64,000 nucleotides of DNA from Pecten maximus (lineage: Eukaryota): positions 30,659,465 to 30,723,464 of the forward strand of contig NC_047022.1 in the NCBI RefSeq assembly GCF_902652985.1, in the 5' to 3' direction. Below the pieces are notes generated by a model, which ran no database searches, was not told the DNA's origin, and saw nothing but the letters and a program-made list of their open reading frames with translations. The position numbers and the translations under genes are program-made. The number at the start of each line of letters is the position of its first letter. Within the stretch, counting starts at the first letter, position 1. Below are positions 34,809 to 48,203 of the stretch, piece after piece.

Positions 34809-36338
34809 CTGGAAAACCAAAATGGTATAAGTTAAAATTTAAAACTAAAATTTGATAAAATTTGAAGTGACAATTGAGATAATGGTTATAGGCCATGGAC
34901 AAACTCTGAGTATTACTAATTTGACATGAACTTAAGGTTCCACAATTTGGACTTATATGTATGAATGCTCATTAAGTATGTACATCTTTGAGTGTACATT
35001 GTAATTGCAGCAAATGTTTTTAAATAGCACTAAAGCCTTTTAAGCTTGAAATGTTGAGTTACTAAATGTATTTTAAAAGATATGATAGCTATGCAGATAA
35101 TCAAAAACTGCTTATCTTGCAAAGAAATAACATATTTGTTTTGGCAATAAGTGATTTGAATACAAATGATACATGTACATACTTTATATCCAAGCTTTAA
35201 TCAAAGTACTGGAAGTACTGTAAACGAACATTATTGTTTAATGCAAAATCAGTAATCTTCTTAGTTTTAAGTTGATAAATTTACTGATATCGGTTTAGGA
35301 ATTAATTGCAAATAATTTGAAATGTTTGCAGCTGTTCTGATTTGATTGTACACATGCATGTTTCTGTAAGGTCCTAATTGAAATTGGAAGTTTGTTGATC
35401 TATCTTGGATCGATGAAAATAAAATATGTCTTCTTTCTTTCGGGAAGGCATCATCAGTTATAATACAGCTAGGACTCTGTGACCTTATTGATGCCAACTT
35501 CTAATATGCACTAAATTTTGGCTAGTTCCATCGTTAGTTTAGCATACATAGTTGTATTTCAACTAAATATGATGAAACACACATAAAGAATTACTGAAAA
35601 CCAAAACCAGAGCTGCTAATCAAGGCCCGAATTAGGAATGTATCCTATTGAAACTGTACTCAAGCATTTATGGTACTTCAAAACAAAAAAAACCTGACTC
35701 CTTTTGTTCAGGAATCATTTGATGTTAATAAATCTGTATATGAGAAGATAAACTTCGGTTATAATTACAGTATAAAGAATAACAACCAGATAAAGACTAT
35801 CTTCATTGAATAATTCAGCAAACAGGAAAAGAAAACTTCAAGATTCATTTTCAACTTCAAACCTGATCACAAAGATTACAGTCCATTCGATGGGATGACA
35901 CATTCCCTATTTATTGTCCTTTTCCAATGTTGATCATCCAATCATACTGAACCACACAATTCAGCAATGTAATTGCACAAATCACACCTTTATGTGGTGA
36001 GAACATTTTTGTGGGTGCTATAAGATTCCATAACTGTATGCAAATTTGTGAAGCATTCCATATCTATGTAATTATATACCGTACGTGTATATATTTACAC
36101 ATATCAAAATTGGAATGACACAGGAGATTTGCAAGTTTAAGTTCACCATCAGTCATGGGAGGTTTATGTAAAATGTTATATTTACCGGGGTAATTAGTAA
36201 TTTTGAGAATATATTTATGAAGCTCTATTCTGTACATTCTACCAGTTCTTAGAGAATGGACACAATTTTATGTTCTCCAATGTCAAAATTAATCATATGT
36301 AAAATATTAGGGGTTTATTCGCCATTCTAGGCCTGATT

Positions 36339-38640
36339 GCCGTCATAGTAAAATTACCAAAATGGACTTGAAATCAATATTTTTAAGAGAATGATCTATG
36401 ACTTGAATATTTCATAAAAATAATGTAATACATCGTTTATTCACTTCATTCAGATCTTCAGACACCACATAATTTGTGAAGTCATATATAGAAATATATG
36501 AACCATTTTGTTATTATTTATAGTTCACACAAGTAAGCACTAGATGTAAGCAGTAAGTATATGTACCGCTATCTACTGGCATGACTTTGAGTACAGTAAA
36601 CTACACTCGCTTTGTGGATATTGACAGGATAACATATATTTACATACTAATTCAATTTTAGAATTGTAACTGAAATCTTGTAACAGCATGGCACAAATAG
36701 TCATCTGAACATGTGTTGTATATTGAAAAATTATTTAAGGTAAATTTTCAGTTTATCAATTCATTGATTACTCCGTGTTTGAAGTATGGTGTAGTGAGAA
36801 TATCAAGTCTTGATCATGACTTGATGAAAATTTTAAATTAACAAATTATTAAAATGAATTTGTTTGAAAAATAACACAAGTTCCACAGCAATATTATATA
36901 GAGAATCAATCGCAATATATCAAAAGTTATAAAACTACAAATAACAATTAACGGCTGAATATCAAATTAAGTGAATATCACAAGTCTTTTTGCATTTGTT
37001 TTTACATAATCCGGATTTCGGTTTTCTGGCTTTAAAAAAAAACGAGAAGTATTTTAATTGCCGTTATAGTTGAATTACCAAAATGGACCTGAAATCAGTA
37101 TTTTTAAAAAAAGAATGATCTATGACTTGAATATTTCATAAAAATAATTTAATACATCGTTTATTCACTTCATTCAGATCTTCAGACACCGCATAATTTG
37201 TGAAGTCATATATAGAAATATATGAACCATTTTTGTTATTGATTTATAGTTCACACAAGTAAGTACGAGATGTAAGCAGTACGTATATGTACCGCTATCT
37301 ACCGGCATGACTGAGTACAGTAGACTACACTCGCTTTGTGGATATTGACAGTATAACATATATTTACATACTAATTCAATTTTAGAATTATAACTGAAAT
37401 CTTGTAACAGCATGGCACAAATAGTCATCTGAACATGTGTTGTATATTGAAAAATTATTTAAGGTAAATTTTCAGTTTATCAATTCATTGATTACTCCGT
37501 GTTTGAAGTATGGTGTAGTGAGAATATCAAGTCTTGATCATGACTTGATGAAAATTTTAAATTAACAAATTATTAAAATGAATTTGTTTGAAAAATAACA
37601 CAAGTTCCACAGCAATATTATATAGAGAATCAATCGCAATATATCAAAAGTTATAAAACTACAAATAACAATTAACGGCTGAATATCAAATTAAGTGAAT
37701 ATCACAAGTCTTTTTGCATTTGTTTTTACATAATCCGGATTTCGGTTTTCTGGCTTTAAAAAAAAACGAGAAGTATTTTAATTGCCGTTATAGTTGAATT
37801 ACCAAAATGGACCTGAAATCAGTATTTTTAAAAAAAAATGATCTATGACTTGAATATTTCATAAAAATAATTTAATACATCGTTTATTCACTTCATTCAG
37901 ATCTTCAGACACCGCATAATTTGTGAAGTCATATATAGAAATATATGAACCATTTTTGTTATTGATTTATAGTTCACACAAGTAAGTACGAGATGTAAGC
38001 AGTACGTATATGTACCGCTATCTACCGGCATGACTGAGTACAGTAGACTACACTCGCTTTGTGGATATTGACAGTATAACATATATTTACATACTAATTC
38101 AATTTTAGAATTATAACTGAAATCTTGTAACAGCATGGCACAAATAGTCATCTGAACATGTGTTGTATATTGAAAAATTATTTAGGTAAATATTTAATTA
38201 ACTCATTTGCGTGACTTTTAGAATTGTAACTGAAATCTTGTAACAGCATGGCACAAATAGTCATCTGAACATGTGTTGTATATATATACCGTAATTGAAA
38301 AATTATTTAGGTAAATATTAACTCATTTGCTTGACTTCAATTTTCAATTTATCAATTCATTGATTACTGTGTTTGAAGTATGGTGTAGCGAGAATTTCAA
38401 GTCTTGATCATGACTTGATGAACGTTCTAAATTAACAAATTATCAAAATGAATTTGTTTGAAAAATAACACAAGTTCCACAGCAATATTATATAGAGAAT
38501 CGATCACACTATTTCAGAAGTTATAAAACTACAAATAATAATTAATGGCTGAATGTGAAATTAAGTGAATATCACAAGTCTTTTTGCATTTGTTTTTAGA
38601 TAATCCGGATTTCCGTTTTCCGTCTTTGAAAAAAAATTAC
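36339..38640. repeat. Macro-tandem repeat, ~723-bp unit x ~3.2 (copies 2 and 3 nearly identical, copy 1 diverged, 3' partial copies degenerate)
   Basis: Units begin at gccgt(c/t)atagt..attaccaaaatggac at 36339, 37060 and 37783. The identical 84-aa track ORFs at 37174-37428 and 37897-38151 are artefacts of this duplication. Confidence 0.8.
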
Positions 38641-39699
38641 GTAGGCGTATTGCATAGTAAACGTAGCCATGTGTACAGTGTACATATGTAACAGCTGATT
38701 TCAATCAGACTGACTTAACATGAACTTAACACCGTCTCAGTAGTTCGTCACAATCGAAAATTTGATCGTGAATTCGGTATTTTGCAAATTCTTTCAAAAT
38801 ACTTCCAGGTAAAGGAAAAAATGGATATGGTCTCTATACACACACCAAAGATTAATAGATCCTATATTGGGTCCATTCTCTCTTAAAAATATCGATTTGG
38901 GTCCACTATCGGCCATTTCGGTAATTTAACTCTAACGACAATCGGGCCGCGATTCGCAAATGAAAAATTAATTTAAAATTCGTAAACCTCTAATATTTTA
39001 CATATGATAAATTAGGCATTGAAAAACATATATGTGGGTCAATTTTCTGAAAATAATGCCAATTTATATTATAATTAAGCCCCATTTTTCTTCGTTTCGG
39101 TATTTCCAAGTCTGCTTCACCTGTGATCCGTTTCAGTAAATATTCTCGACTTTGCCGAAATAAAAACAAGCTATATAATTGTTCATTTTAAACATGACAA
39201 CTGCCGACCACACGTATCTAAAAGTGTTATTGTTGATATCATCTGAATATTGCCGTAGTTATCTGTCACTTCGATTGTAAACCCTTTGCCAAAGTCATGG
39301 AAGAATCGACCAATCAAATTGGTTTAACGTTTGATTTCCGTAATCTTGCAGTTACCTCCCTTACAACAGTAAATACGTTCTAAGTATCGCCTACAACAAC
39401 CAATCCCGTGCACATGGCAACAAGATATTATCATTTGCATTTGATTTATTGGTCTTTTTCGTCAAAGGAAAATGGAATATGGAAATCGATGACAATGTTA
39501 ACGCTATGACCAGTCACCCTGACCACAAATGCCACCTAGTATCCACCTTTCTCGCAAACATGTACTGTACAGTAACCTATATAGTATGATACAATGTATC
39601 GTCTCGTATGCCGTTGTTGATATATTTCTTTCTCTAAATTATATAAATACTCATCTAGTTGATAATTATGTAACATTCTAGAATATATATAATACACAT

Positions 39700-40145
39700 T
39701 TAAGTAAATAGCGGACATATTTGCAGACCGATGCTATAATGTCAGCCGTTTTGGAATGAACACGGAAGAGCAAAACTTTCTAAACATCCGGAGACGAATG
39801 CGCCTGCGCAATATTTGTTTACATAAATATAGGCCCTATTGACCTGGAGTTATTCGCAAAGTTCAGGTGCAGTCTTCACATTTCGCTAGCGTTATGCATT
39901 TCTCAAATCGTATGCATCTTGAAAACATCTACTGAATACATTTCAACATTTTCGGTAAAACTACTACATAAAACGAAGATGTTTTTGCAAGTAAATTATT
40001 TGAAGCGTAAGGCAATGGGGGCAGCCATATTTCATTGAAACAGACAGTAGATGGCGTATTGGTGAATGTGGCTACCAAATATGGTCATATTTCTCAGTCC
40101 AGTTCTTGATGGCAATAACCGAACATTAATGTTCGTTTAAAAAAG
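39700..40145 (+). repeat. Dispersed repeat copy 2 (paralog of 15880-16320)
   Basis: See 15880-16320. Confidence 0.6.
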
Positions 40146-40240
40146 GCAAAAATTGTAAAAGGATGAAATAGTTTTGGGTGACTTTTGGTCACAAAATTAT
40201 TTGCAAAAATTATTGCTTTATCATTGCAAGTGTGTTAAAA

Positions 40241-43200
40241 GGAAGGTTTACCTGTACTAGGACTTCAAGTATGTTATAAGGAAGGTTTACCTGTACTAGG
40301 ACTTCAAGTATGTTATAAGGAAGGTTTACCTGTACTAGGACTTCATGTATGTTATAAGGAAGGTTTACCTGTACTAGGACTTCAAGTATGTTATAAGGAA
40401 GGTTTACCTGTACTAGGACTTCAAATATGTTATAAGGAAGGTTTACCTGTACTAGGACATAAGTAGGTTATAAGGTAGGTTTACCTGTACTAGGACTTCA
40501 TGTATGTTATAAGGAAGGTTTACCTGTACTAGGACTTCAAGTATGTAATAAGGAAGGTTTACCTGTACAAGGACATAAGTAGGTTATAAGGTAGGTTTAC
40601 CTGTACTAGGACTTCATGTATGTTATAAGGAAGGTTTACCTGTACTAGGACATAAGTAGGTTATAAGGTAGGTTTACCTGTACTAGGACTTCATGTATGT
40701 TATAATGAAGGTTTACCTGTACTAGGACATAAGTATGTTATAAGGAAGGTTTACCTGTACTAGGACTTCAAGTATGTTATAAGGTAGGTTTACCTGTACT
40801 AGGACTTCAAGTATGTTATAAGGAAGGTTTACCTGTACTAGGACATAAGTAGGTTATAAGGTAGGTTTACCTGTACTAGGACTTCATGTATGTTATAATG
40901 AAGGTTTACCTGTACTAGGACTTCATGTATGTTATAAGGAAGGTTTACCTGTACTAGGACATAAGTAGGTTATAAGGAAGGTTTACCTGTACTAGGACAT
41001 AAGTAGGTTATAAGGTAGGTTTACCTGTACTAGGACATAAGTAGGTTATAAGAAAGGTTTACACGTACTAAGATTTAAGTATGTTATAAGGAAGGTTTAC
41101 CTGTACTAGGATTTAAGTATGTTATAAGGAAGGTTTACCTGTACTAGGACATAAGTAGGTTATAAGGAAGGTTTACCTGTACTAGGATTTAAGTATGTTA
41201 TAAGGAAGGTTTACCTGTACTAGGACATAAGTAGGTTATAAGGAAGGTTTACCTGTACTAGGACTTCATGTATGTTATAAGGAAGGTTTACCTGTACTAG
41301 GACATAAGTAGGTTATAATGTAGGTTTACCTGTACTAGGACTTCATGTATGTTATAAGGTAGGTTACCTGTACTAGGATTCAAGTATGTAATAAGGAAGG
41401 TTTACCTGTACTAGGACTTCATGTATGTTATAAGGTAGGTTTACCTGTACTAGGATTTAAGTATGTTATAAGGAAGGTTTACCTGTACTAGGATTTAAGT
41501 ATGTTATAAGGAAGGTTTACCTGTACTAGGACTTCATGTATGTTATAAGGAAGGTTTACCTGTACAGTGTACAAGGACTTCAAGTATGTTATAAGGAAGG
41601 TTTACCTGTACAAGGACTTCAAGTATGTTATAAGGTAGGTTTACCTGTACTAGGATTCATTTATGTTATAAGGAAGGTTTACCTGTACTAGGATTTAAGT
41701 ATGTTATAAGGAAGGTTTACCTGTACTAGGACTTCATGTATGTTATAAGGAAGGTTTACCTGTACAAGGACTTCAAGTATGTTATAAGGAAGGTTTACCT
41801 GTGCAAGGACTTCAAGTATGTTATAAGGAAGGTTTACCTGTACTAGGACATAAGTAGGTTATAAGGAAGGTTTACTTGTACTAGGACTTCAAGTATGTTA
41901 TAAGGAAGGTTTACCTGTACTAGGATTTAAGTATGTTATAAGGAAGGTTTACCTGTACTAGGACATAAGTAGGTTATAAGGAAGGTTTACCTGTACTAGG
42001 ACATAAGTAGGTTATAAGGTAGGTTTACCTGTACTAGGACATAAGTATGTTATAAGGAAGGTTTACATGTACTAGGATTTAAGTATGTTATAAGGAAGGT
42101 TTACCTGTACTAGGACTTCATGTATGTTATAAGGAAGGTTTACCTGTACTAGGACTTTAAGTATGTTATAAGGAAGGTTTACCTGTACTAGGACTTCATG
42201 TATGTTATAAGGAAGGTTTACCTGTACTAGGATTTAAGTATGTTATAAGGAAGGTTTACCTGTACTAGGACATAAGTAGGTTATAAGGAAGGTTTACCTG
42301 TACTAGGACTTCATGTATGTTATAAGGAAGGTTTGCCTGTACTAGGACATAAGTAGGTTATAATGTAGGTTTACCTGTACTAGGACTTCATGTATGTTAT
42401 AAGGTAGGTTTACCTGTACTAGGACTTCAAGTATGTTATAAGGAAGGTTTACCTGTACTAGGATTTAAGTATGTTATAAGGAAGGTTTACCTGTACAAGG
42501 ACTTCAAGTATGTTATAAGGAAGGTTTACCTGTACAAGGACTTCAAGTATGTTATAAGGAAGGTTTACCTGTACTAGGACTTCATGTATGTTATAAGGAA
42601 GGTTTACCTGTACTAGGACTTCATGTATGTTATAAGGAAGGTTTACCTGTACTAGGATTTAAGTATGTTATAAGGAAGGTTTACCTGTACTAGGACATAA
42701 GTAGGTTATAAGGAAGGTTTACCTGTACTAGGACATAAGTAGGTTATAAGGTAGGTTTACCTGTACTAGGACATAAGTATGTTATAAGGTAGGTTTACCT
42801 GTACTAGGACATAAGTAGGTTATAAGGAAGGTTTACCTGTACTAGGACTTCATGTATGTTATAAGGTAGGTTTACCTGTACAAGGACTTCAAGTATGTTA
42901 TAAGGTAGGTTTACCTGTACTAGGACTTCATATATACGGTAGGTTTACCTGTACTAGGACTTCATGTATGTTATAAGGAAGGTTTACCTGTACTAGGATT
43001 CATGTATGTTATAAGGTAGGTTTACCTGTACTAGGACATAAGTGGGTTATAAGGTAGGTTTACCTGTACAAGGACTTCATGTATGTTATAAGGAAGGTTT
43101 ACATGTACTAGGACTTTAAGTATGTTATAAGGAAGGTTTACCTGTACTAGGACATAAGTAGGTTATAAGGTAGGTTTACCTGTACTAGGACATAAGTAGG

Positions 43201-43465
43201 TTATAAGGAAGGTTTACCTGTACTAGGATTTAAGTATGTTATAAGGAAGGTTTACCTGTACTAGGACATAAGTAGGTTATAAGGAAGGTTTACCTGTACT
43301 AGGACTTCAAGTATGTTATAAGGTAGGTTTACCTGTACTAGGACATAAGTATGTTATAAGGTAGGTTGACCTTTACTAGGACATAAGTAGGTTATAAGGA
43401 AGGTTTACCTGTACTAGGATTTAAGTATGTTATAAGGTAGGTTTACCTGTACTAGGACATAAACC
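40241..43465. repeat. Satellite array, 39-bp monomer (ggtttacctgtactaggacttcaagtatgttataaggaa) x ~83, with variant classes
   Basis: Direct tandem repetition. The variable core alternates acttcaagtatg / acttcatgtatg / acataagtaggt / atttaagtatg. Confidence 0.9.
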
Positions 43466-43624
43466 CGTACTTAGACTTTCAAGTATGTCAAAAACAAGTT
43501 TTTTAATTAAGTAAAAACAAACACTAGTACTGGCCTCCTTTATAGCTCACACTATACCCTGCCATACTAAAAGCTTAGAAAACAGAAGCAATATAATGTT
43601 TCAGCCTGATTAACTTCAATCTAC

Positions 43625-43723
43625 CTTGCAGAATCGGAGAAATATATTCCACATCCTAACATGCCTCTGTCTGTTCTGTTGATCCCGTGGACACTTTCCA
43701 CAAGGTTAGGTAGCAACAACCCC
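43625..43723 (-). CDS. PARP4: PARP4-like exon 10 (GLLLPNLVESVHGINRTDRGMLGCGIYFSDSA), PARP catalytic (nicotinamide-stacking Tyr in GIYF)
   Basis: Matches human PARP4 ..RGLLLPKVVEDRGVQRTDVGNLGSGIYFSDSLS. The acceptor is cttttag| and the donor is AG|gtagat (phase 2). Confidence 0.75.
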
Positions 43724-43909
43724 CTAAAAGAATCGCATACCATTGAGTTATGTTGACGTAATTTAGAAGAAAATGATAAGCAGTGTTATAACTTATGTAC
43801 AATTTTTTTTATGACTTCTAATATCTAAATATTTAAAATCATTATAGAATTTGATGAAAATATTCACTACATTTTCCTTGAATTAATCAATAAAGAATGA
43901 TATACTCAC

Positions 43910-44038
43910 CTGGACATTATCCCTAGAAAGTTATGTGTGGATGATGCATGCATCAATCTCTTAACATTTCCAACGTCTGTCTGGAATTCTAATTCCTCTA
44001 GAGTACGACCGACACTGTAGATGTTCCTCACCTTAACA
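43910..44038 (-). CDS. PARP4: PARP4-like exon 9 (VKVRNIYSVGRTLEELEFQTDVGNVKRLMHASSTHNFLGIMS), PARP catalytic with H-A-S in place of the canonical H-G-S
   Basis: Matches human PARP4 VDVLQIFRVGRVNETTEFLSKLGNVRPLLHGSPVQNIVGILCRG. A long C-rich polypyrimidine tract precedes the acceptor (minus-strand revcomp of 44040-44110). The donor is AG|gtgagt. Confidence 0.8.
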
Positions 44039-44822
44039 CTGTTAACACACAGAAACTTTTGTTATTGTTGTATGGGGGTGGGGTCAGGATGAAAGAGGGG
44101 GGCAGGGGAAGGGGGGAAGGAAGTTTGAATTGTTTCTCTATCTTTATTATAGTTCAACAGTTTCTTCCTCTATACTTTCCCTATTGGCTGCCAGATAATA
44201 GATAACACTTACTAGTAGTATTATGCCTCCTAAATTGTACAGATAATTGAAATAAAACAAGGGTAGCCAAATTTGACATTTTGTGACAGTTAAATGCACC
44301 TTCTGGGACAAACATAACCAAATTTGATTTGTCACATCACTCTAGTGTTCATCGAATTGCAATTATGTTTTACTTAATTCAGTCCTCAACCGTATTGTAT
44401 GCGGCTGATTTGGACCATTTTATTTTTCCTCTTTTCTCCCAGAAAGGACAATATTTACATTTCTTAATTTTGTCATTTTGCTCCAAATAAATGACATTTA
44501 AACTTAATAGATGCCCTTTTGCAACATAAGATACCTTCTAGGGTGAAAGAACAAAACAACAAAAATTGCTCCACCTCCAAAACCAGGCACGTCCTTAAAT
44601 GACACAGGTTGTTAATAGGACATTAAACAAAATAAACCAAACCGAACCAACAAACCAGCTATTTTGTACAGCTAGGGAAACAATCAATATCTAATGTTCA
44701 AGAACATCACTTATCTTTGATTTTCCCCACAAAACTAAATTATTTTGATAGTTATAAATCTTGTGCTCTATATTAACCTCAGAATGATTCTAGGAATAAT
44801 TGAGGATAACAAATTATCATAC

Positions 44823-44983
44823 CTCTCTGATGTACTTGTCACCATATCTGATACATGTTTAAACTCTGCTGATGATTGGTCGAGACAGGTCAGATGACAA
44901 CGAAGAGCTCTATATTTAGCATAGGTAGTTGCCTCATTGGACCAGTCTGTAGCCTCACTAACACCTAGGATGTCATTTACAAG
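44823..44983 (-). CDS. PARP4: PARP4-like exon 8 (LVNDILGVSEATDWSNEATTYAKYRALRCHLTCLDQSSAEFKHVSDMVTSTSE)
   Basis: Matches human PARP4 ..CQLIRDMVNV..LAKYRALRCKIEHVEQNTEEF... The acceptor is gtttttgtttccag| and the donor is AG|gtatga (phase 2). Confidence 0.8.
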
Positions 44984-45048
44984 CTGGAAACAAAAACACA
45001 ATCCAATTTTTTGAAAAGATAGAAAAAGGTGTTGTCACTGATTTAACA

Positions 45049-46003
45049 ATAAAGCCGCCCATGGGCCTTAACGGTCACCTGAGATTTGAATTATTTCAGT
45101 TAATTTAATTGACCCTTTTTGGCCCAACCCATCAGTTAAAGGGGTCAGTCAGGGCAAACATGTGCATACCAACAAACAGTCATCTCATGCTGATAATGTT
45201 AACCAAGTTAGAATGAATTCCAATGAAAATCCAACAAATAATTGTCAAAAATGTGATTTCCCTATATAAACTATAGTAAAATTTACCCCCTCCCAAGTGG
45301 CAAACATTTGACCCCAGGGTCATGAAATTCACAATTTTGGTAAAGCACCTTAAGACCCTTCCATCTATGAAGAATGTTTGATTCCACCATATCTTGGAGT
45401 AGAGAATAAGATTTTTGAAGTTTTAAGTCAATTTGACCCTTTTTGCCCCTGCCCCAAGGCCCTGGGGGTCAGTCAGGGCCAACATGTGCATACCAAAAAA
45501 CAGTCATCCCATGCTGATAATGGTAACCAAGTTAAAATGAATTCTAATAGAAATCCAACAAATAATTGTCAAAAATGTGATTTCCCTATATAAACTATAG
45601 TAAAGTTTACCCCCTCCCCAGGGGCAAACATGAGACCCCAGGGTCATGAAATTCACAATTTTGGTAAAGCCCCTTAAGACCCTTCCATCTATGAAGAATG
45701 TTTGATTCCACCATATCTTGGAGTAGAGAATAAGATTTTTGAAGTTTTAGTCAATTTTACCCTTTTTGGCCCAATCCATCAGGCCCCTGGGGGGTGGGGA
45801 CCATATAATTCACAAGTTTGGTTGACTTTCAGCCATAGTAGTTTTCTGCCAAACTTCATTGAATTTGTTGTGGCGGTTTTTGAGAAGAAGTTGAAAATGT
45901 AAATTGTTTACAGACTCACGACACATGACGGACGACGCACGACGCCGGACAAAAGGCAATTAGAATAGGTCACTTGAGACTTTGTCTCAGGTGACCTAAA
46001 AAC
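45049..46003 (+). mobile_element. HINE/pearl-like element, subfamily A
   Basis: The head is aataaagccgcccatgggccttaacggtcacctgag. The units contain ..ttgaccctttttgg(c)cccaacccatcag..ggggtcagtcagggc... The tail is gtttacagactcacgacacatgacggacgacgcacgacgccggac, followed by the palindrome aggtcacttgagac-tttg-tctcaggtgacct and aaaaac. Confidence 0.6.
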
Positions 46004-46353
46004 AGTCCAGAAAAACAACTTGTCATAAAATGTTCATTTGCAGCACCAATAATTCTGGACTAAAAACTGGCATGTGTTAATTTGTTTGTCTTTGACTAAT
46101 AAGTTTATAAGCATGCCTCTCTGCCCATCAAATTCTTTGTTTTATAAAGAAATGTGAGAAGTGAGCTGCTACTGGGAATAAAATCTGTGATCCCCATCAT
46201 CATCTTGGTCAGCCACTTTACTGATTGAGCTGAAGGGAAATTCTCTGCTGCAAAGTTAGATTGGACCTGTACACTGATGTACAATTATCACCTGGAGTGG
46301 TCAATGTCATCAAATGTAAATGTGACATGTTGGGGTTTGTAAATATCACTGAC

Positions 46354-46530
46354 CTGACACTGGTCCTGTTTGGTGGAGATGTCTTTCAGTGACATGGTAT
46401 CCTTTCTGAAGCTGCGTTTATAAGGCATGGCAGAGTAGAACTCCTTCAATAAACTTTTTATTGTGGTGGCGTCTGCTCCTTTCATCACTGCTGCCTTCAG
46501 TTGTAGAAGTATTGCCTCTGCCTCCTCAAT
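46354..46530 (-). CDS. PARP4: PARP4-like exon 7 (IEEAEAILLQLKAAVMKGADATTIKSLLKEFYSAMPYKRSFRKDTMSLKDISTKQDQCQ)
   Basis: Matches human PARP4 ..KAEGILLLVKAALKNGETAEQLQKMMTEFYRLIPHKGTMPKEVNLGLLAKKADLCQ. The acceptor is ccttgacag| and the donor is CAG|gtcagt. Confidence 0.8.
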
Positions 46531-46714
46531 CTGTCAAGGCAAAAGTATCAAACACAGTAAAGTACATTATATTTATGTAGGTTTATAATATAATGTTAAC
46601 TATTTTTTTTTTGAAAATTCATTCACTTTTTCTTTTGCAAACTAAAGTCTCTTCATATGTTTAGCTAATATATATACCATATTTGATCTAAAAAGCACAC
46701 CTGCCCCAAAAAGC

Positions 46715-47120
46715 ATGCCCCACTTTTTTTCAGGAAAAAAGGATGGGTGTGTTACGCCATTTGATTTGACCCTTTTTGGCCCCACCCCTCAGCCATTGGG
46801 GGTCTGTCAGGGCCAACATGTGCAAACCATCAAACTTTCATTCCAAACTGCTAATTCTAACCAAGTTAGATTTGATTCCAATAAAAACTTTGAAAATCAT
46901 ATTCAAACATGAGATTTCCCTATATCAACTTTTTGTAGAGTATACCCCCTCCTCAGGGGCAAACGTGAGAACCAAGGGTCATGGAATTCACAATTTCGGT
47001 AAAACACCTAAGACCATTCCATCTATGAAAATTAAGTTTTTGATTCTACCTTATTTGGGTCTTCAGAAAAAGATTTTCAAAATTTCATTCTATTTGAATT
47101 TGTCTCAGGTGATCTAAAAA
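46715..47120 (+). mobile_element. HINE-like fragment (subfamily A-type units plus tail ..tgtctcaggtgatctaaaaatt)
   Basis: Similarity to 45100-46003. Confidence 0.45.
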
Positions 47121-47228
47121 TTGGAGGTTAGATGAGTTTTCATTAGAAACAGCTATGAAATCAAGTTTTACTCTGTGGTATCTTATCAACCACAAAAGTT
47201 ATAACATATCTGATGTATGAATTGTCAC

Positions 47229-47393
47229 CTTTTCCTGTTTGATGTGCTGAAGTTTCATGTCTAGTTGCGTCTCAGCTTCATGACTGGCCTCTGCCCAGAC
47301 CAGTTCCACCAACCGACCAACATCTGGACCGATCTCTGTTGTCAGGGTACACAACTCTCCCAACAACTGCCACAGATAGGACAACATATGTAC
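47229..47393 (-). CDS. PARP4: PARP4-like exon 6 (VHMLSYLWQLLGELCTLTTEIGPDVGRLVELVWAEASHEAETQLDMKLQHIKQEK)
   Basis: Matches human PARP4 ..SQEVSDLVEMIWAEALGHLEHMLLKPVN... The acceptor is ctaaag| and the donor is AAG|gtgaca. Confidence 0.75.
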
Positions 47394-47497
47394 CTTTAGT
47401 TAGTTAATGTGTACATGGACGAATTGTCCATGCAATCCTTGAAACACTGAAATAACTGGTTTTGCTAAAATTTAACATATACATATATGGAGGTGAA

Positions 47498-47525
<28 letters not shown>
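47498..47525. repeat. Homopolymer (G)28 in the intron between exons 5 and 6
   Basis: Plus strand reads aggtgaa(g)28ttagc. Confidence 0.9.
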
Positions 47526-47528
<3 letters not shown>

Positions 47529-48032
47529 GCAAAAATCAACTTTCTTTAATTCCCTGTACACTTGTTCTTCACTATATAGGAATTTTAAAATGCAAAACCC
47601 CAGCTTCTCATTGACTAAATTACAGTGAAATTCTCTGGGCTACATATACATTTATATCATATCAGTCTTGAAAGTCTTTTCCATATCATACATAGACTGA
47701 CATCAGATAAATGTCACTATTTCATAAACTAATATGCCTTGTTCTACATGTCAGATACTTAGGAACATGATAAGCTAATACAGCATTTCTAATTGAGCTT
47801 AATTGAGTTTGAGTTGACTACACATTATATCAAACATGATGTAGATAATGTCAGATGTATGATATGATTCCATAGGGTTGCAAATAAGGGACTCTTCCAT
47901 TTGACATTAAAATCCACAACTTATACGAAAATATAATATTATATGGTATCAAAAAATAAGTCATTAGTATATAAAGAAAACTCCACAGCTCCATGTCTGA
48001 GAGAAGACTTTCTATGATGACACACTACCTAC

Positions 48033-48203
48033 CATTCGGAGTTTGGTAGAACCCATGGCATTGTCAGTTAGCACAGGGTTATCCCATATGGACATGTTAT
48101 AGGGATGTGAGGTGTATCGGCGGTACAACTGTTCATATCCACTGAGAGCTTCATCAGAAGTGTGCACATACCAGGCTACAGGAGCGTCCTTGTTGTCACT
48201 TGT
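48033..48203 (-). CDS. PARP4: PARP4-like exon 5 (TSDNKDAPVAWYVHTSDEALSGYEQLYRRYTSHPYNMSIWDNPVLTDNAMGSTKLRM)
   Basis: A 57-codon open exon in phase 0 with its neighbours. The donor is ATG|gtaggt. Similarity to human PARP4 (..KKTSEDASEYFENYIEEL..) is only loose. Confidence 0.55.

Noticed and set aside
40241-43465. Regularly spaced short direct repeats that superficially resemble a CRISPR array
   Set aside because: This is a eukaryotic locus. The array has no unique spacers, only satellite monomer variants.
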